Assembly (NCBI GenBank): GCA_963718895.1
Contig: CAVRAG010000010.1
Location: 1 to 39,024, forward strand
DNA length: 39,024 nt
Origin: an uncultured Nitrososphaerota archaeon
GTDB taxonomy: Archaea > Thermoproteota > Nitrososphaeria > Nitrososphaerales > Gagatemarchaeaceae
Direction of reading: 5' to 3'
Shown: piece by piece, positions 18,895-28,948 of the stretch
How the letters are laid out: each line of letters starts with the position of its first letter
How positions within the stretch are numbered: position 1 is the stretch's first letter
Notes under the pieces: model-generated
What the model was told of the DNA's origin: nothing
Database searches by the model: none
What the model saw: only the letters and a program-made list of their open reading frames with translations
Program-made: the position numbers and the translations under genes

Positions 18895-19254
18895 TTATCC
18901 GGAGGAATGGAGTAGCTCTCTGATTAGCGTCGCGGCCGCCTCCTTGTCGTCCACCTCGAAGACGATTCTCTTGTATGTCTCGTGGTCGAGGTTGACGGTG
19001 ATACACTTGTCATGATGGTGCATCTCGAAGAACAAAGTCCCATCATTGTCTAGGTAGCTGCCGTCCTTTACGACGCCGGGGACATTGGTCCCGAGGACTC
19101 TTATCTGAAATGACGCCCATGGGACGACGTCTGTGGAGACTGAGGTGATGTGAGCGAGCGGAACGAAGATGCTTCGCGTGAATGAGAGTATCTGGTCCAC
19201 ACCATGCAACTCAAAGACGAGGTTCTCGCCCTCTACCTTGATGGTCCCTCCCAC
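18895..19254 (-). CDS. Hypothetical protein (possible bacterial PH-like fold)
   Basis: VPLAHITSV...GTNVPGV...G.Y...F...L....Y..IV.EVDD pattern. Confidence 0.7.
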   Translation of the reverse strand: MGGTIKVEGENLVFELHGVDQILSFTRSIFVPLAHITSVSTDVVPWASFQIRVLGTNVPGVVKDGSYLDNDGTLFFEMHHHDKCITVNLDHETYKRIVFEVDDKEAAATLIRELLHSSG

Positions 19255-19362
19255 ATTCGTCTAGTTGTTCAGGGTTGGTTGATTAGTCTTTGGAACTGTC
19301 CAGCAGAACGTCCCTCTTTGAGAGACGTTGTTTGCCTCCACAGACGGACTTGTCATAAAGGA

Positions 19363-19812
19363 CTACTGACTGATTTTGATCGCACTTGCATCCGAAACGG
19401 CGCGCCATTTCCAGGCGTACCCGACGATAGCCGCCCCGGCACCTATGGATACTATCGAGATGAACAGATACGCCAAAGTCGGCGTTCCAACGAACAGTGT
19501 CACCGCGTTGACAGCGGACAGGGATATGCCTGCGATGATGTTCGTCCAGCGGTTCGCTCGGTACTTCAGGACGCGAGATAGGAGGATCATGATCATTGGG
19601 ATCTCGACCAGTACAGCCGCGCCTAGCAAGAGCGTCTGAGTGTACTGGACCTTCGGTACTGCGTTTATGAATACACTATAGTACAGCGTACCGATGTCGC
19701 CGTAGACTTGATTGAACAGGTAGAGTATCCATAGCATTGAGAGGATTGATTGAGCGGACTGACGAGTTACCTGAACGGCTACCTGTCTAGCTGCCTGTAT
19801 TGTTGTTTGCAT
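19363..19812 (-). CDS. DUF6326-like 4-TM membrane protein
   Basis: LSMLWI...YGDI, EIPMIMILLSRVLKYRANRWTNIIAG, IVGYAWKW. Confidence 0.78.
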   Translation of the reverse strand: MQTTIQAARQVAVQVTRQSAQSILSMLWILYLFNQVYGDIGTLYYSVFINAVPKVQYTQTLLLGAAVLVEIPMIMILLSRVLKYRANRWTNIIAGISLSAVNAVTLFVGTPTLAYLFISIVSIGAGAAIVGYAWKWRAVSDASAIKISQ

Positions 19813-20010
19813 TGGTTGTTCGCTCCGTTGAGTTAACCATGATAGGGGTAATCGTCGAAGGTCCGAACTCGATGAGTGTGATGATGGTTACCATGAAGAA
19901 GACGCCGGCCAGAATACCCCCACCGCAGGAAGCTCTTCTCTTCGTTGGTTGACTCTGCCGGACTAGCTGACAATACCGTCACGTGATGGTTGGCGCGTAT
20001 AACAAGGGGC

Positions 20011-20048
20011 GGTAATTTCTGTGTGGGTCAGGTAATCTTCTGTGTGGG
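20011..20048. promoter_or_regulatory. Tandem direct repeat, putative operator
   Basis: GGTAATTTCTGTGTGGG (20011-20027) and GGTAATCTTCTGTGTGGG (20031-20048), next to a minus-strand TTATAC at 19997-20002. Confidence 0.5.
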
Positions 20049-20077
20049 AAATCGCACGAGTACGTTGTGCCCTCGGT

Positions 20078-20281
20078 CTAGCGGGTTCCTGCGGCTTTCC
20101 TGATCTCAGCGAGCGTAACTTTGTCCGGGTCGTACCTGATCGAGACCGTATCCAGAATATAGTTGATGTCGACATTGACGATTCCCTTGAGTCCGTTGAC
20201 TCGCCTCAGCACCCTGTCAGCCCTCCCGGCGGCGTTAATCCCGGGTGCCTTCAAGATGGCGAGAGCTCCCTGATTTTCCAA
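20078..20281 (-). CDS. HMA-fold small protein lacking CxxC
   Basis: 67 aa, L..L.GI..VD.NY....V.I.YDP.KVTLAEI pattern typical of CopZ/HMA, no Cys. Confidence 0.65.
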   Translation of the reverse strand: MENQGALAILKAPGINAAGRADRVLRRVNGLKGIVNVDINYILDTVSIRYDPDKVTLAEIRKAAGTR

Positions 20282-20385
20282 CGTGGTTCATTTGAGCGTT
20301 CGGACCGGAGCTATTAGGCTGGGCGTATTTTTCGTGGTGTAATGTGTTGGATTACGCGACGGGAGAGCCTGAATCCTCTCACGCC

Positions 20386-20933
20386 TCACTGTAGCTCGAA
20401 CACGACCGCGTTATCGCTGGCCGAGAACTTCGGCGACTTGCCCAACTGGGCGAATATCGCCTTGACGTAGTGTGCTTCAGAAAGAGGTTCCCCTTTGCGC
20501 CAAAATTGTGCGAGAGGGTCACACTGATGTTCCCTCCGTGGACGACCTCGCTGAACTCGTAGAGCTTGGCGTTGTTCGACATTGTCTGAAGATACTCGAG
20601 GCAGTTCTCCACCGTGACTTCGCCCCACCTGGCGAGGATGTACGTCTTGGGCACATCGTTGCCGACGGTGGTACCGGCTGCGATTATAGACTCGTCCTTC
20701 GCCCCCTCCAGGATGTACCGGAAGGTGGACGCGGGCATCTTCACCATCTGGAACCTCTTCATGGGTCGGTCGAAGTTCGCATACGTCAGGACGAGCTGGT
20801 TCAGCAGGGTGTTGACGCTCACATTCTGCTTCTTGGCGTCCTCCTGGAGGGCTTGGAGCGCGGATTCATCCAGCCTCCACGAACCTGTCGCCGTCTTCGG
20901 TTTCAATTTCCGGGTATTTTCTGGTGACGTCAC
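20386..20933 (-). pseudogene. RHH-domain protein with +2 frameshift
   Basis: N-terminal RLD...L..DAKKQNVSVNTLLNQ (RHH). An extra AC near 20470 (CAC-AC-TAC) shifts the frame, and the natural C-terminus HYVKAIF...VVFELQ* continues in another frame. Confidence 0.7.
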
Positions 20934-21101
20934 CAAAATAAGCTTTGGGTGCCTGTTCGTCGTGGAGAGAAGGCTAAATCCCACTAGGAACTCCTTGCCG
21001 ATTTGCCTCGGGAAGAATGATGCGTCCCGTGCTAATCGCTCCGATTGAATGTTGAAGATTGCACCCTATCGCTTATTAGTTTGGGTGGAAAAACCGAACG
21101 T

Positions 21102-21479
21102 GTGTCAGTCGTCAAGGGAGAAGGCACTGAGCACCGCCGATTGGTCAGGACGCTCATCGGGCTGATGGGCAGGGACGGCTGGCAGGTCAGTCACGCCGCG
21201 GCAGAAGGTTATGAGCAACCGAGCGAGATAGACGGGGTAGTGCCCGACGTCGTCGCATGGAGAGACGGAGTCATGTCGTATGGCGGAGCGGAAACCTGCG
21301 AATCGTTTCAGTCAGATCTCTCCATCAATCGGATGAAAGTGCTTTCTGGCAGGACGATGCAGAACAGTGGGAAAAACATCACGCTGTACCTCATCGTACC
21401 CCGGGCATGCTATCGTGACCTTGCTCAGATGATAGACGCGGCATTCAGTCGAAGGGATATACTGGCATATTCTGGGTGA
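21102..21479 (+). CDS. Hypothetical protein (possible PD-(D/E)xK-like fold)
   Basis: H..LV..L...G..V...PDVVA......G.AET...YLIVP. GTG start inferred. Confidence 0.55.
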   Translation: MSVVKGEGTEHRRLVRTLIGLMGRDGWQVSHAAAEGYEQPSEIDGVVPDVVAWRDGVMSYGGAETCESFQSDLSINRMKVLSGRTMQNSGKNITLYLIVPRACYRDLAQMIDAAFSRRDILAYSG

Positions 21480-21569
21480 ACTATATCCTGTTGGCCTGTA
21501 CTTCGTCTTCTCGGCGCTCCTATTATATCCTTGAAATTGAACGCTGTAGTCGGATTCGGTGGGCCCTTA

Positions 21570-21881
21570 TGTACACTTGTGGGGTGTTCGGCTGTGGAAC
21601 CGCCGCACTACAGGGTCTCGAAGAAGGCGCCCGGCATGGTCATCGAGCCGTCCTGCGTGAACTGCCGGTACTCGAGGCAGTTCGGTGAGCTCGGCACGGT
21701 GTGCATGTGCTACTTCGCGCTGGTCCTGCTAGGCCGCATATGCGACAACTGGGACGGGGGCGAGGTCAGGATGGTGGATTCGAGGGACGCTTCCATGACC
21801 ATCGGCTTCTTCCATAACTCGTCGGTAACGCCTGAGGAGCGGGGGATCGTCGCAAGGACAGAGCTCACGGATATGCGCTAA
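21570..21881 (+). CDS. Small Cys-rich hypothetical protein
   Basis: CVNCRY...CMC...ICDNW. Start uncertain. Confidence 0.5.
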   Translation, partial: CTLVGCSAVEPPHYRVSKKAPGMVIEPSCVNCRYSRQFGELGTVCMCYFALVLLGRICDNWDGGEVRMVDSRDASMTIGFFHNSSVTPEERGIVARTELTDMR

Positions 21882-22444
21882 CAGTGAGTTTGGAATGTGG
21901 GGCTGAACGTCGTGCTCGTCGTCCCTGACGGGATGTAGAGGGTGACGCACTGGACGCTCTCCGCGCCTTCGGCGGTGGAGGTGACCTGGTAGCTCCCTCC
22001 CATGTACGTGACGTTGAAGAAGAATGTAGAGCCGGTGCAGCAGACCTGTATGGTCCCGTTGATGTCAGTGCTGAGGATGCCCAGGCTCTTCGTGGTGTTG
22101 GCGCTCGTGGCTGAGCACAGGTCGTCCGGGGTCGAGTCCTTGGCCTGCACGGGTACCGAGTTGATCGGGCTCCCGGTGGAGCTGTTCTTGACGATTAGGA
22201 ACAGCGGCTCTGAGTCCAGCCTGATGCACGTCGTGGTGAACATGGTGATGGTCGTCGATGAGGACGAGGTCGTCTGGGGTCCGGTGGTGGTCGTGGACCC
22301 GACGCCTGAGGTCGTCCCAGGAGGCAGGTTCGTCGAACTCGTTTGCGACTGCAGTGATGTGAGCCCAATCGCTCCGACTAGGACGACTGCGATTGCGACT
22401 ATGGCGATGACGGCCCTCCCAATCGCCGTTCTCCGAACTGTCAT
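21878..22444 (-). CDS. Membrane-anchored Ser/Thr-rich surface protein (RRxAIGR anchor, domain X)
   Basis: Basic plus hydrophobic N-terminus, Thr/Ser linker, Cys-containing domain ending CVTLYIPSG...FQTHC, paralogous to 25220-25843. Confidence 0.8.
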   Translation of the reverse strand: MTVRRTAIGRAVIAIVAIAVVLVGAIGLTSLQSQTSSTNLPPGTTSGVGSTTTTGPQTTSSSSTTITMFTTTCIRLDSEPLFLIVKNSSTGSPINSVPVQAKDSTPDDLCSATSANTTKSLGILSTDINGTIQVCCTGSTFFFNVTYMGGSYQVTSTAEGAESVQCVTLYIPSGTTSTTFSPTFQTHC

Positions 22445-22475
22445 GGCGAATCTCTGTTTGAGAAGAGTGATTTGC

Positions 22476-22496
22476 GATTAATAGTTATGTCCGAAC
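22476..22496 (-). repeat. 21-bp element GTTCGGACATAACTATTAATC (exact)
   Basis: Plus strand reads GATTAATAGTTATGTCCGAAC, 31 bp upstream of the ATG at 22444. Confidence 0.95.
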
Positions 22497-22565
22497 AGAA
22501 TCAGCCCGCTATCTCCTCAACGTTCGCGACTTCGATGGAATCTTGCACTCTCCACCGAACAGAGC

Positions 22566-24260
22566 CTAGCGAGACAACGCGACCGGAGACCACGCAGGGC
22601 TGACGGGCAGGACTGGAGGTGCGAGCTTTGAGAACTCGCCGGCTGCGTGCGCTACCCTTCCTCCCACGAGGGTCAGTACCGACTCGATTCCCGAGATCTC
22701 CTCCTCGGCAACTTCGAAGAAGTCGCGAGATAGCACTGCCAAGTCGGCGAACTTCCCGGCCTCAATGGAGCCCTTGACATCTTCGTCCCCCGAGAACCAC
22801 GCGTTGTTCGCGGTCACAAGCCTCAGGGCCTCCATCCGCGGGAGCAGGTCGTCCGGACCGTAGAGCTGTGTCCTGCCGACGGTCTTCCCAGTGACCAGCC
22901 ATTGAATGACGCTCCATGGGTTGTAGGTTGAGACTCGCGTGGCATCGCTTCCCGCGCCCACGTGGAGCCCAGCCGCGATCATCCGGGAGATGGGAGGCGA
23001 CCTCCTGGTCAACTCCTCACCATACCGCTCGAGGAAGTGCTCGCCCTGGAAGGCCATGCGGTCCTGGACACTGATACCCCCGCCCAACGCGCCGACCCTC
23101 TCGATGTTCCGGTCGGAGATTGTCTCCGCGTGGACGAGGAACCACCTCAGCCGTGAGAATGGGGTCTTCTCGTTCACGGCTTCGAAGACGTTCAAGAACC
23201 GCTCGATGGATTCGTTGTACGTCGCGTGCAGCTGGAACGGCCACCGTTTCTCGACCAGGAAGCTCACCACCTCCGCCAAGTGGCTCTCCATGGCGGGAGG
23301 CAGGTTGGGACGAGGTTCCATAAAATTCTCGAAGTCGGCTGCCGATGCGACGAGTGACTCACCGGCTCCATTCATCCTGTAGAAAGCGTCCCCGTCGCCC
23401 GGTCGGACGATCTCGCTCCAAGCGCGGAAGTCTTCCAGTTCCCGGCCTGCTGTCTGGGGGTAGAGGTTGTACGCTGTCCTTATGGTGAGTTGGCCGCTGC
23501 GTGCCAGCTCTTCGACGACCGAGTAGTCCTCTGGGTAGTTCTGGCCGCCGCCTCCTCCGTCGATGACGCTGGTGAGGCCGAGTCTGTTGAGCTCGCGCAT
23601 ATACTGGACTGTCGAGTTGACTTGGTCAGGATACTGGAGCTTCGGGCCCTTGGTGATGTTCGAGTAGATTATTGCTCCGGCCGGCTTCGCGACCAGCTCT
23701 CCTGTCGGGTCGCCCTTCGCGTCCCGCTCAATCTCGCCTCCGGGCGGATTAACCGAGTCCCTGTTGATTCCCACCGCCTCGAGCGCCGCGCGATTGAGGA
23801 TTGCATTATGATAGAAATGTGTGATGAAGACGGGGGTCGAAGGGACCGCCCGGGTCAGCTCTTCTGGCGTGGGAACCCTCCGTTCCTCGAACTGGAACTC
23901 TGACCATCCCCCTATTACACGGACCCACTGCGGGGCAGGGGTTCGGTCCGCCTGCGTCCGGAGCATCCTCATGGCTTCGGCTAGGGACCGGACGGCGTCC
24001 CACCTTAGCTCCATGTTGAAGTTGAGCCCTTCTCGTATGAAGTGAGTGTGCGAGTCGCTCAGACCTGGGACTGCCGTCCTGCCATTCAAATCGAGCACTT
24101 TCGTGTCCGGTCCTCTCCAGTCGATGACTTCGCCGTCGCTGCCGACAGCGACAAACCGGTCCCGTCTAATCGCAACCGCGCTCACAAAGGAACGCCGAGA
24201 GTCCTGCGTTGCTATCCTTCCGTTCAGGAGAATGATGTCTGCCGCCCTGTCGGAGTTCAA
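22566..24260 (-). CDS. Amidohydrolase 3 (YtcJ/NfdA-like)
   Basis: DLNGRTAVPGLSDSHTH, LHATY, VHAE, GSDA, KGSIEAGKFADLAVL. Confidence 0.92.
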   Translation of the reverse strand: MNSDRAADIILLNGRIATQDSRRSFVSAVAIRRDRFVAVGSDGEVIDWRGPDTKVLDLNGRTAVPGLSDSHTHFIREGLNFNMELRWDAVRSLAEAMRMLRTQADRTPAPQWVRVIGGWSEFQFEERRVPTPEELTRAVPSTPVFITHFYHNAILNRAALEAVGINRDSVNPPGGEIERDAKGDPTGELVAKPAGAIIYSNITKGPKLQYPDQVNSTVQYMRELNRLGLTSVIDGGGGGQNYPEDYSVVEELARSGQLTIRTAYNLYPQTAGRELEDFRAWSEIVRPGDGDAFYRMNGAGESLVASAADFENFMEPRPNLPPAMESHLAEVVSFLVEKRWPFQLHATYNESIERFLNVFEAVNEKTPFSRLRWFLVHAETISDRNIERVGALGGGISVQDRMAFQGEHFLERYGEELTRRSPPISRMIAAGLHVGAGSDATRVSTYNPWSVIQWLVTGKTVGRTQLYGPDDLLPRMEALRLVTANNAWFSGDEDVKGSIEAGKFADLAVLSRDFFEVAEEEISGIESVLTLVGGRVAHAAGEFSKLAPPVLPVSPAWSPVALSR

Positions 24261-24398
24261 TCTGTCATCCTCGGAGGCTCGGGCATGACCGAGAGAGGCG
24301 GCGCTGGTCTATAAGCGCTTCAGGATCGGCTGCGGGGTCCCCGTGCTCAGGTGGGACTCAGTTGAGCTTAACTATCATGAGCTCTCTGACAAGGGTGG

Positions 24399-25133
24399 TT
24401 GGCTGGCTTCTTCGATGAAGTGCGGGGTACACTCTTCCCGACTCCAGGGTCCAAGGATGGTCCGCTACCCCCGATGCTCGTCGCGCTGACGGTCCTGGTG
24501 GGCTTGGTGGACTCCTTCAGCTTCCTAGTGCTCGGTCACGTCTTCGTCGCCAACATGACGGGAAACGTCGTGTTCGTCGCTTTTGCTCTGGCCGGGGCGA
24601 GTGGCTTCTCCATCCCCGCATCGATTACGGCCGTGCTGGCGTTCCTCATCGGAGGACTCGCAGCTGGTAGCGCCGCGTCGCGCTTCGGCAAGAACAGGGG
24701 AAGATTCATGGGAATATGCATCGGCCTGCAGGCCGTCCTGCTCTCCGGTTCGACCGCTCTGGCGGCGTTCTCCCGTTCTCCCGTGTCAGGCGTTTGGTTG
24801 TACTCGCTGATAGTGGTGCTTGGCGTCTCGATGGGGCTGCAGAATGGGGTAGCGCGGCGGCTTGCCGTGCCGGACCTCACGACTACGGTGCTCACCTTGA
24901 CCTTGGTCGGGATTGGGGAGGACAGTCGCCTCGTGGGAGGTAGCGGGTCGAGGGCGGGCCGACGTCTAACGTCCGTTGCGTCGATGTTCTTGGGCGCTGT
25001 TGTGGGAGCAATCCTCAGCCTGCGTGTCGCGATATTCTACCCCGTTTTCCTTGCGTTTGCAATCAGCGCTGTGGTGGGAGGAGCGTCCCTCGCGCTCTCC
25101 CGGCAGAACCCTGCATGGACCGCCGCTAGCTGA
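24399..25133 (+). CDS. YoaK/DUF1275 membrane protein
   Basis: G.VD.FSFL.LG.VFVANMTGN, MGLQN, TTTVLT motifs. Confidence 0.9.
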   Translation: MAGFFDEVRGTLFPTPGSKDGPLPPMLVALTVLVGLVDSFSFLVLGHVFVANMTGNVVFVAFALAGASGFSIPASITAVLAFLIGGLAAGSAASRFGKNRGRFMGICIGLQAVLLSGSTALAAFSRSPVSGVWLYSLIVVLGVSMGLQNGVARRLAVPDLTTTVLTLTLVGIGEDSRLVGGSGSRAGRRLTSVASMFLGAVVGAILSLRVAIFYPVFLAFAISAVVGGASLALSRQNPAWTAAS

Positions 25134-25219
25134 GACCGTGAATCCGTGCGTGGGACCTCCAAGATGAGGCGATGATCCCTGCCACAATTATCTAACACCC
25201 CGCCAGGGGCGATCGTCTG

Positions 25220-25843
25220 TCAGCAGGACCCCTGGAACTCGGTGATGGTCGTGTTCGTCCTGCCCGAGGGGACGTACAGCGTGGCGCAGGTGACGGAGAC
25301 GGGCCTAAGGCTGGCATGGAATGTATAGGTCTGGCCCGAGTATGCGACGAGGAAGGAATAGCCAAAGTTGTCGTTTGAGTTGAGCGGGTACCATTGGGTG
25401 TCGGCCGAGGTCGTGAAGTTTATGGTCCTCTGCCCTGTCGCCTGAGAGGTGCCACAGCCGGCTGGGTCATTAGTGGCGATTACGAGAGCGCCCGCGACGG
25501 AGGTCTGGCTGGAGTCGGACAGAATCCTGATGAAGAGTCCTGCAGGCTCGCCGGTGATGCTGCATTCGGAGGAGGTTGATGTTTCTGTGAAGGTCGATGT
25601 GCTCGTGACGGTCAGTGTAGTCTGAGAGGTTACCGTCTGCGTCTGAACAGTGGTCGCGATGGAAAGCTCGGTTGTGGTCTGCGTTGCCGTCGTGGTCGAG
25701 GTCGCGGTGGAGGTCGATGTGCTCGTCTCAGTCTTCGCGTTCCCGAGATAAGATGAGGTGATGACAGCTGCCCCTACTACCAACGCCGCTATGACAATCG
25801 CCGCAGCGATGACGAGATAGCTTCGGGATGATCGCTCGCTCAA
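25220..25843 (-). CDS. Membrane-anchored Thr-rich surface protein (SRSYLV anchor, domain X)
   Basis: SRSYLVIAAAIVIA anchor, long Thr linker, C-terminus CATLYVPSG...FQGSC. Confidence 0.8.
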   Translation of the reverse strand: MSERSSRSYLVIAAAIVIAALVVGAAVITSSYLGNAKTETSTSTSTATSTTTATQTTTELSIATTVQTQTVTSQTTLTVTSTSTFTETSTSSECSITGEPAGLFIRILSDSSQTSVAGALVIATNDPAGCGTSQATGQRTINFTTSADTQWYPLNSNDNFGYSFLVAYSGQTYTFHASLRPVSVTCATLYVPSGRTNTTITEFQGSC

Positions 25844-25874
25844 CGTGAAGACCTCTTTGAGAAGCCCGATTCGT

Positions 25875-25895
25875 GATTAATAGTTATGTCCGAAC
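25875..25895 (-). repeat. 21-bp element (exact)
   Basis: 31 bp upstream of the TTG at 25843. Confidence 0.95.
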
Positions 25896-25918
25896 CCAGC
25901 TCTGAAAGACTGCGGTAA

Positions 25919-27244
25919 TCAGCCGGACGCGCATCCCGGACCGCTTTCGGTGAGGCTCATGAAGAACAGGACGGTGCTGTTGTCCTGGTTGGAGACTACG
26001 GCGGCGTAGCGGTCGTCAGCCGAGAGCGCGACGCTGGAGACCGTGCGGTTCAGGGAGTAGTCCAAGAGCCGGACCCCTTGACCGTTGAGAAAGAGTACGT
26101 TCGTCGACCCAAGGTTGCTCTCCCAGAACGCAGGAGTCGTGCATGGGGACCCGCTGGATGAAGTAGTAGGTGGTAGCTGCTGGCCGGTGTAGTTCGCCAC
26201 TAGCTGCCCTCGTTCGTCGACCACCAAGGTGGACCAATTCGTCAGCAGGACGACGTCGCTGCTCTGATTCGCGGTCTGGATTGCAAGCGCCGGGCTGTAC
26301 ATCTGGAAGGACCAGAGAAGGTTGCCGCTGTGGTCGAAGAGGTAGAGCGTCCCGTTCTCCCCGGATACGTCTGAGCTGGCCAAGGTAGAGCCGTCCGAAG
26401 CGACCCGCACTCCAGCCACGGACGTCGATCCTCCCGGTGACAGGGAGGTGTAGTTCCAAAGAAGCTTACCGGCGCTGCTGAACGACAGGAATGACCAGCT
26501 CCAGTTCTCCGTGTTCGGCCTGTACATGACCGAGGCGACAAGGTTGCTGCCGTCGGGTGACATGTCGATGCTGTTGACGTTTCCATTGCTGCCCCCGCTG
26601 AAGCTCCAGAGGGTCTGTCCATGGTCGTTCATGTAGAGAATCCCGCTCTCGGTTGCGACGGCCATTCTTGAGCCATCGGAGGAGAGTTTGACCGTTGGTC
26701 CTGGTCCGCCGAGGCTCTTGTTCCAGAGCATCTTGCCCTGTCCGTTGAAGAGATAGAGCGCGCCGTTTTCATAGAATCCGGAAGGACCCCGCGCGTTTTC
26801 ATATCCGCCTACGGCGACCAGGGAGCCGTTTGCTGAAACGCTGATCGAAGAGACAGAATGGTTCAGAGCGTAGCTCCAAAGGCTCTCGCCCTTGTCGTTG
26901 AACGCGTAGACGCTGCCGTTGCCTATTGCCTGCCCGGTACCTACGACCACCTCAGAGCCGTCTTGGGTCAAGGCGACCGGTCCGATTCCGTCGTCGTCCT
27001 GAGAGTAGATTGTGACACCCGAGGCGAAGTTCATTGTTTTGGTCCACAGGATGCCGGGTTGTGTGGAGGTAGTCTGTGACTGAGTAGCAGATGGGTCAGA
27101 AGTGGTGGATATGATGGTCGTGCAGCAGTAGATTGGGTGTGGACCGGTAGAGAAGTATGATCCGAGGCCTATCGTAGCGGCCAAGACCACAATGACGATG
27201 GCAGCAATGATTGTTCTTCCGATTGCCTTTCGCCTGTGCTCCAC
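25919..27244 (-). CDS. Membrane-anchored PQQ/WD40-like beta-propeller protein
   Basis: RRKAIGR anchor, repeated S.DGS..V and G.LY.F...G..LW blades. Confidence 0.85.
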   Translation of the reverse strand: MEHRRKAIGRTIIAAIVIVVLAATIGLGSYFSTGPHPIYCCTTIISTTSDPSATQSQTTSTQPGILWTKTMNFASGVTIYSQDDDGIGPVALTQDGSEVVVGTGQAIGNGSVYAFNDKGESLWSYALNHSVSSISVSANGSLVAVGGYENARGPSGFYENGALYLFNGQGKMLWNKSLGGPGPTVKLSSDGSRMAVATESGILYMNDHGQTLWSFSGGSNGNVNSIDMSPDGSNLVASVMYRPNTENWSWSFLSFSSAGKLLWNYTSLSPGGSTSVAGVRVASDGSTLASSDVSGENGTLYLFDHSGNLLWSFQMYSPALAIQTANQSSDVVLLTNWSTLVVDERGQLVANYTGQQLPPTTSSSGSPCTTPAFWESNLGSTNVLFLNGQGVRLLDYSLNRTVSSVALSADDRYAAVVSNQDNSTVLFFMSLTESGPGCASG

Positions 27245-27275
27245 GTCAAGTCGAGTACCTGAGACGATAATATCT

Positions 27276-27296
27276 GATTAATAGTTATGTCCGAAC
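27276..27296 (-). repeat. 21-bp element (exact)
   Basis: 31 bp upstream of the GTG at 27244. Confidence 0.95.
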
Positions 27297-27322
27297 GACC
27301 GGGGGGTTAAGCGATTAGATTC

Positions 27323-28147
27323 TTGAGCGAATGGTACGACCTCTATGTGAAGAATGCCAGCGTCTATCAGCCCGTGCTCGAAGCCGGCCTTCCTTCGGCC
27401 CCTTCGGAGGCGAAGGGATTGGCGAAGATATTCAAGACCAACGGACTCCGGCCAAGAGACAGGAGCAAGCCGAGGATTCTGGATGTGTCGTGCGGGATCG
27501 GGCGTCACTCGATACAACTTGCGAAACTCGGCTATGAGGTCGTCGGCTTCGACTTCTCCCCTTACTTCCTGAGGACCGCCTGGAGGCTCGCGAAGGCTGA
27601 GGGCCTAGGGGAGGGGAACGTCAGGTTCGTCGAGGGAGACACGAAGGAGATTCGGAGGATATTGGAAGGGCGCGGAGAGGTTGACTTCGACGCGATGATA
27701 TGCATGGACACCTCGATCGTCCGCAAGACCCTCAAAGAAGAAGTCGATCTCCTGCAATCGCTGCACGAGTTGGCGCGCAGGGGAGCTTTGTTGGTCATCG
27801 AGACCGCGAACAGGGATAACTTCCTGAAACATCAACCCTACCTCCGTCTCCCCGTAATCCAGTCGTTCCCTGAAGCGAAACTCCAGAGGCACCTCCGGGC
27901 GAGTTATGATGCGGAACGAGGGTTAATCGTGGGCGAGTGGAGCTTCTACCGGGAGCTTCCGAACAGGGACCTGAAGCACCTGTATTCCATCAACATCGAA
28001 TCTAACATTCACTCGCGAAAGGACTTGAGAGAAGCTCTGGAGAGTGCCGGATGGAAGTACGTCAGGAGTTATGGGAGCGTCCAAAGGCTCGATAGGCTGA
28101 CCTCAGACTCGTATCATATAGTGGAGGTCGGGAAGAGAATCGATTAG
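27323..28147 (+). CDS. Class I SAM-dependent methyltransferase
   Basis: ILDVSCGIGRHS...GYEVVGFDFS, FVEGD, FDAMIC. Confidence 0.9.
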   Translation: MSEWYDLYVKNASVYQPVLEAGLPSAPSEAKGLAKIFKTNGLRPRDRSKPRILDVSCGIGRHSIQLAKLGYEVVGFDFSPYFLRTAWRLAKAEGLGEGNVRFVEGDTKEIRRILEGRGEVDFDAMICMDTSIVRKTLKEEVDLLQSLHELARRGALLVIETANRDNFLKHQPYLRLPVIQSFPEAKLQRHLRASYDAERGLIVGEWSFYRELPNRDLKHLYSINIESNIHSRKDLREALESAGWKYVRSYGSVQRLDRLTSDSYHIVEVGKRID

Positions 28148-28473
28148 GGAGCTGTGGTGGTCGTGCAGGACACCACCGGGCCATAGACCGGGACCGACAC
28201 ATGAGCTCCGTTCACCGTGATGGTGCCCGAAAGGATGGTGAACGGCCCTGATGGAGCAATCTAGTGGTGGATTTCGTCAGGGATGCCTGAGAAGATGATT
28301 GTGTAGAGGCCGGGTGGCTCTGGTCCCGAAGTGTAGGAGCCGTTTGTGATGGGGAGTGGTGTGTTTGGCGGTTCGGGTTCGGTCCTACCCGCAAATGTCA
28401 TGGACTAGGGTATCATGTAGACGGGGGGCGAACAGGCGCCGGTCTGCTGGAAGGTCACGTTGTACAGTCCCAA
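28144..28473 (-). pseudogene. Decayed, anchor-less paralog of 31718-32221
   Basis: One frame reads GLYNVTFQQTGAC...MIP*SMT...IHH*IAPSG...SGTITVNG...CTTTTAP*, with in-frame TAG at 28405-28407 and 28261-28263. Not in the ORF track. Confidence 0.75.
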
Positions 28474-28499
28474 TCACTCAGGAAGAATGGGACAGGGAA

Positions 28500-28841
28500 T
28501 CAAGAAGAACCTGAAGGGCTAGAATCCGTTCCAATCACAGTTGACTGGACGTAGTGTCCACAGATTTCGCCGGGAGGCTTGCCCACGGCGAAACAGTACC
28601 AGTCGTTGATGAATTGAGTCGGCTTACTGGAAACACCTACAATGAACGCGGCGGGGAAGTGAACTAGTCCCGCGCCAAGATAGAAGTAGGTCAGAGACAC
28701 CTGGATGTGTTCAATAAAATCGACATTACTCTGATTGGACGAACTGACTATCACCGACATTGACTCTACTGGAAGGAGAAGGGTAACAAGGAGAACCGAC
28801 AAAATCACAACGAGGACGGCCGCCTTGAACACTCGATTCAC
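28500..28841 (-). CDS. Small membrane-anchored hypothetical protein
   Basis: N-terminal TM, VSLTYFYLGAG segment, Cys pair. Confidence 0.62.
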   Translation of the reverse strand: MNRVFKAAVLVVILSVLLVTLLLPVESMSVIVSSSNQSNVDFIEHIQVSLTYFYLGAGLVHFPAAFIVGVSSKPTQFINDWYCFAVGKPPGEICGHYVQSTVIGTDSSPSGSS

Positions 28842-28913
28842 CGCCGATCACTAAGGTCTTGCCTCAAAGCTCTCATTTGGGCGTGATGGCGTGCAAAGGA
28901 CTTTACAGAATCT

Positions 28914-28934
28914 GTTCGGACAAAGGCGTATATC
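28914..28934 (+). repeat. Degenerate copy of the 21-bp element (GTTCGGACAAAGGCGTATATC)
   Basis: First 9 nt identical, TATA-like 3' part, upstream of the small membrane gene at 28949. Confidence 0.4.
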
Positions 28935-28948
28935 AAAGCAAGCCGGGC

